Shown here piece after piece: positions 26,935-28,777 of a stretch of 28,777 nucleotides of DNA (position 1 is its first letter; each line of letters begins with the position of its first letter). Source of the DNA: a virus (lineage: Duplodnaviria; Caudoviricetes); the IMG/VR virus record IMGVR_UViG_3300016476_000586, positions 1 to 28,777 of that record; one strand, 5' to 3'. Under the pieces are notes generated by a model, which saw only the letters and a list, made by a program, of their open reading frames with translations, made no database searches and had not been told where the DNA came from. The position numbers and the translations under genes were made by a program.

Positions 26935-28777
26935 ATGAGCAATAACATTTATAACATTCTTAATAATTTTAACAAGGTTGCTCAAGAAGCAAAACCTGTT
27001 GTTAATGAACAAAAAGCCGTCACACAAAAAACTAAGCTTGAAGAAAGCATGGAGCAGATCAGTGAAAAATATATGGGCTTTAAAAAGACTGCCGCCGCAG
27101 TTAAAAAGGGAGGTAGCGCAGAGAATCCCGAAGCAGTTGCAGCAGCAATTGGACGTAAGAAATATGGAAAAGAAAAATTCCAGCAAGCTGCCGCCGGAGG
27201 CAAAAAGCTAGGCGAACAGCAAGATGTTACTGAAGTCTCACTGAAGCTAGCAACAAAGGCTTTTGCTAAGAGAACTGCTGACGCATGGGGAAAAGGTGAT
27301 TACGCAACTAATGCTGAAGATGATAAAGAAGCAAAAAAAGCAAGTGACAAAGCTGATAAAACATATAGCCGAATCGGAAAACGTTGGGGCACTGATGCCC
27401 AAAAGAAAGCCGACAAAGCAGCGGACAAAGAAATTTACGGAGTACACGAAGGGTCAAAACCGGATTACATCGATCTAGACAAAGATGGCGACAAAAAAGA
27501 ACCAATGAAGAAAGCTGCCAAGGATGTAAAGCAGAAGAAAGTGCAAGAAGTTGCACCTCCTGGAGCTAAGGCTGAGCGCATGGTAAAGCATATCAAAAAA
27601 GGCTATGCTAAAGACGGTAAAGTAACCGACAAAGAAAAATCTATTGCTTATGCTACTGCCTGGAAAGCACACAACAAAGGCAAACTAGAAGAAACAATTA
27701 AGTCTTTAATCGATGCCGGTTTCACCAAAGACCAAATCGTCGAAGGCTGGGAAGAAATGATGAAGTCTGTTCATCAACGCGGTAAAGAAGAAAAAGGTAC
27801 TGGCAAATTTGATAAAAAGAAAATTAGCACAGGTACTGTTTACTCTCGCAAGTATGATCCAAAATCTGGAGAAACTGACGATACCGGCAAAGACGGCGAA
27901 GGTCAAGCAGTAAAGCGTGGACGTGGTCGTCCTAAGAAAAATACATTTGAAAGTTTTAGTACTGCAAATCGTATGATTGCAGAGACTTTCAAATCTTTAG
28001 TAGAAGGTAGAATCGAAGGCGGCGTATGGGTAGACAAGCCAGGTAACGTGCCTGTCCCACAAAACCCAGAAGTAGCAAAACCAACTCCAGCAGCTTCTAA
28101 GCCAGCTCCTTTGACAATTCCGCCAGCTTACAAGTATGATCCAAAAGCAAAGGTGATGCCTAGCGATCCAGAAGGCGTTAAAGAAGAAGATGAGGATATG
28201 GAAGAAGGTAACGCATTTGGCGCAGCAATTGCAAAAGCCAAAGCAGATGGCGTTCAACCTGGCGAAAAAGTTGAAGTAGGCGGAAAAGAGTATCCTGTGA
28301 AGGAAGACGAAGAACTAGACCAAATGCGTCGAATTGCTGGTCTTAAAGAGTGCGGCCCTATGGGCTACGGCGGAATGCAAAATCCAGAAGGCAAAATGAA
28401 CATTACTACCAACATGAGTAGCGATGGCACTAAAAATGTAACTATCAGCGCAGATGGTGAAGCTACTGCAGAATTGTTACAGATGCTTAAACTTGCTGGA
28501 ATGGGCGGCGCAGAACACGAACACGAACCCGAAGCTACAGAACTTGTAGTAGCACAAGATGATGAAGAGGAAGTAGATGAAGCCAAAGACGAGCGTTACC
28601 ATGCATCTACAACACCAGATGAACAAGTAGCTCCCGTTCAAGCACAAACTAAAGGCGGAGACGGCGACGTTGCCGGCCAAGAGAAAACTATGCGCAAGCA
28701 TGGTTATCAGTTCGGTGATAATAACCTAGCAATGCGTGAAGTTGCAGCAGAAGGCATTCAAAACTTAGACACAATGG
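26935..28777 (+). CDS. Long Lys/Glu-rich modular protein, putative prohead core/internal polyprotein (partial, not in ORF track)
   Basis: ATG 26935 opens frame 1 (MSNNIYNILNNFNKVAQE...) with no stop to the window end (>614 codons). It contains KRGRGRPKK, DLDKDGD and many [ILVM]-x-E sites. Confidence 0.85.
   Translation, partial: MSNNIYNILNNFNKVAQEAKPVVNEQKAVTQKTKLEESMEQISEKYMGFKKTAAAVKKGGSAENPEAVAAAIGRKKYGKEKFQQAAAGGKKLGEQQDVTEVSLKLATKAFAKRTADAWGKGDYATNAEDDKEAKKASDKADKTYSRIGKRWGTDAQKKADKAADKEIYGVHEGSKPDYIDLDKDGDKKEPMKKAAKDVKQKKVQEVAPPGAKAERMVKHIKKGYAKDGKVTDKEKSIAYATAWKAHNKGKLEETIKSLIDAGFTKDQIVEGWEEMMKSVHQRGKEEKGTGKFDKKKISTGTVYSRKYDPKSGETDDTGKDGEGQAVKRGRGRPKKNTFESFSTANRMIAETFKSLVEGRIEGGVWVDKPGNVPVPQNPEVAKPTPAASKPAPLTIPPAYKYDPKAKVMPSDPEGVKEEDEDMEEGNAFGAAIAKAKADGVQPGEKVEVGGKEYPVKEDEELDQMRRIAGLKECGPMGYGGMQNPEGKMNITTNMSSDGTKNVTISADGEATAELLQMLKLAGMGGAEHEHEPEATELVVAQDDEEEVDEAKDERYHASTTPDEQVAPVQAQTKGGDGDVAGQEKTMRKHGYQFGDNNLAMREVAAEGIQNLDTM

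Noticed and set aside
26978-28701. Many short ORFs listed in the track at the right end
   Set aside because: They are shadows of one long frame-1 ORF starting at 26935, which was probably omitted because it has no stop in the window.
1-28777. CRISPR array, tRNA, rRNA, intron or intein
   Set aside because: Coding density is very high with intergenic gaps under about 100 bp. I recognised no repeat-spacer pattern, cloverleaf, split gene or intein motif by eye; a covariance-model scan was not possible.

Overview
This window is the virion-morphogenesis region of a large T4-like (myovirus-type) dsDNA bacteriophage, read with the standard genetic code. Bases 1-9836 encode a modular cluster of tail-fibre/adhesin-like proteins (six-unit LamG protein, intramolecular chaperones, glycine-rich, LamG and fibrinogen-like tips). 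Next come a Maf/GT42-like transferase, a Nudix hydrolase, gp15/gp14-like neck genes on the minus strand, and a two-gene island with near-perfect sigma70 promoters. These are followed by gp13-like neck, GNAT, dNMP kinase, a degenerate HNH protein, tail sheath, tail tube, an extended tube-like protein, gp4-like nuclease and a possible small terminase. A >614-aa ORF missing from the supplied ORF track runs off the right end. The most notable signals are: (1) that last ORF looks like a polyprotein of short basic modules (AT-hook, DxDxDG loop) bounded by hydrophobic-x-Glu prohead-protease-like sites; (2) three hairpins at early/late boundaries each overlap a promoter and mask the downstream ribosome-binding site; (3) several TAAATA late-promoter motifs lie only 4-5 nt from an ATG, implying leaderless late mRNAs. 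All protein calls rest on motif recognition and gene context, not on database searches.
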